Assembly (NCBI GenBank): GCA_964507445.1
Contig: CAZDQF010000003.1
Location: 98,578 to 162,577 of the forward strand
Length of the DNA stretch: 64,000 nt
Direction of reading: 5' to 3'
Origin: an uncultured Isosphaeraceae bacterium
GTDB taxonomy: Bacteria; Planctomycetota; GCA-002687715
Shown: in pieces, positions 63,893 through 64,000 of the stretch
Layout of the letters: each line of letters starts with the position of its first letter
Numbering within the stretch: position 1 is the first letter of the stretch
Translations under genes and position numbers: made by a program
The notes under the pieces: model-generated
Databases searched by the model: none
What the model was told of the DNA's origin: nothing
What the model saw: only the letters and a program-made list of their open reading frames with translations

Positions 63893-64000
63893 ATGGGTGA
63901 CAACTGGGAGGAAGACTCGCACTTGCGACGGGTGTTGCCGCTCGGCGGACGGCTTCCAGTCGCCATGGTGGCAGCGTGCCCGTTCCCGGCGAACCGGGGT
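63893..64000 (+). CDS. Probable glycosyltransferase family 4, N-terminal fragment (runs off window)
   Basis: Manual translation MGDNWEEDSHLRRVLPLGGRLPVAMVAACPFPANRG resembles GT4 N-termini; divergent from the GT2 gene. Confidence 0.5.
   Translation, partial: MGDNWEEDSHLRRVLPLGGRLPVAMVAACPFPANRG

Overview
GC-rich, gene-dense bacterial chromosome segment, probably from an uncultured Planctomycetota lineage. This is an inference from the FabD GLSLG motif, the eukaryote-type UDP-GlcNAc pyrophosphorylase, and DUF1570-like and HEAT/TPR exported proteins. Most of it is housekeeping: the rpmF-plsX-fabHDG-acpP-fabF operon, mltA-DUF4026-thpR-recA, an operon of three amidohydrolases plus yitJ, udk, an eboF-like gene and truB, a TolC/MFP/ABC exporter, tandem ATP- and PPi-type PFKs, sahR-ahcY, tRNA-Leu(CAG), smpB-ssrA, mnmG-ferredoxin-pnp-like, serA, lat, a SurA-like PPIase and glycosyltransferases. 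I saw no integrase, transposase or CRISPR array. Two signals are not explained by the ORF track. (1) A probable hidden selenoprotein at 46557-47255: a 3-TM-anchored peroxiredoxin-like protein split by an in-frame UGA in a W-U-x-x-C motif, followed by a SECIS-like hairpin. (2) A ~110-130 aa domain shared by the C-termini of unrelated secreted proteins (di-haem peroxidase, amidase, beta-propeller) and possibly the N-terminus of a fourth, which suggests an uncharacterised sorting or surface-anchoring system. All calls are from motif reading by eye; no searches were run.
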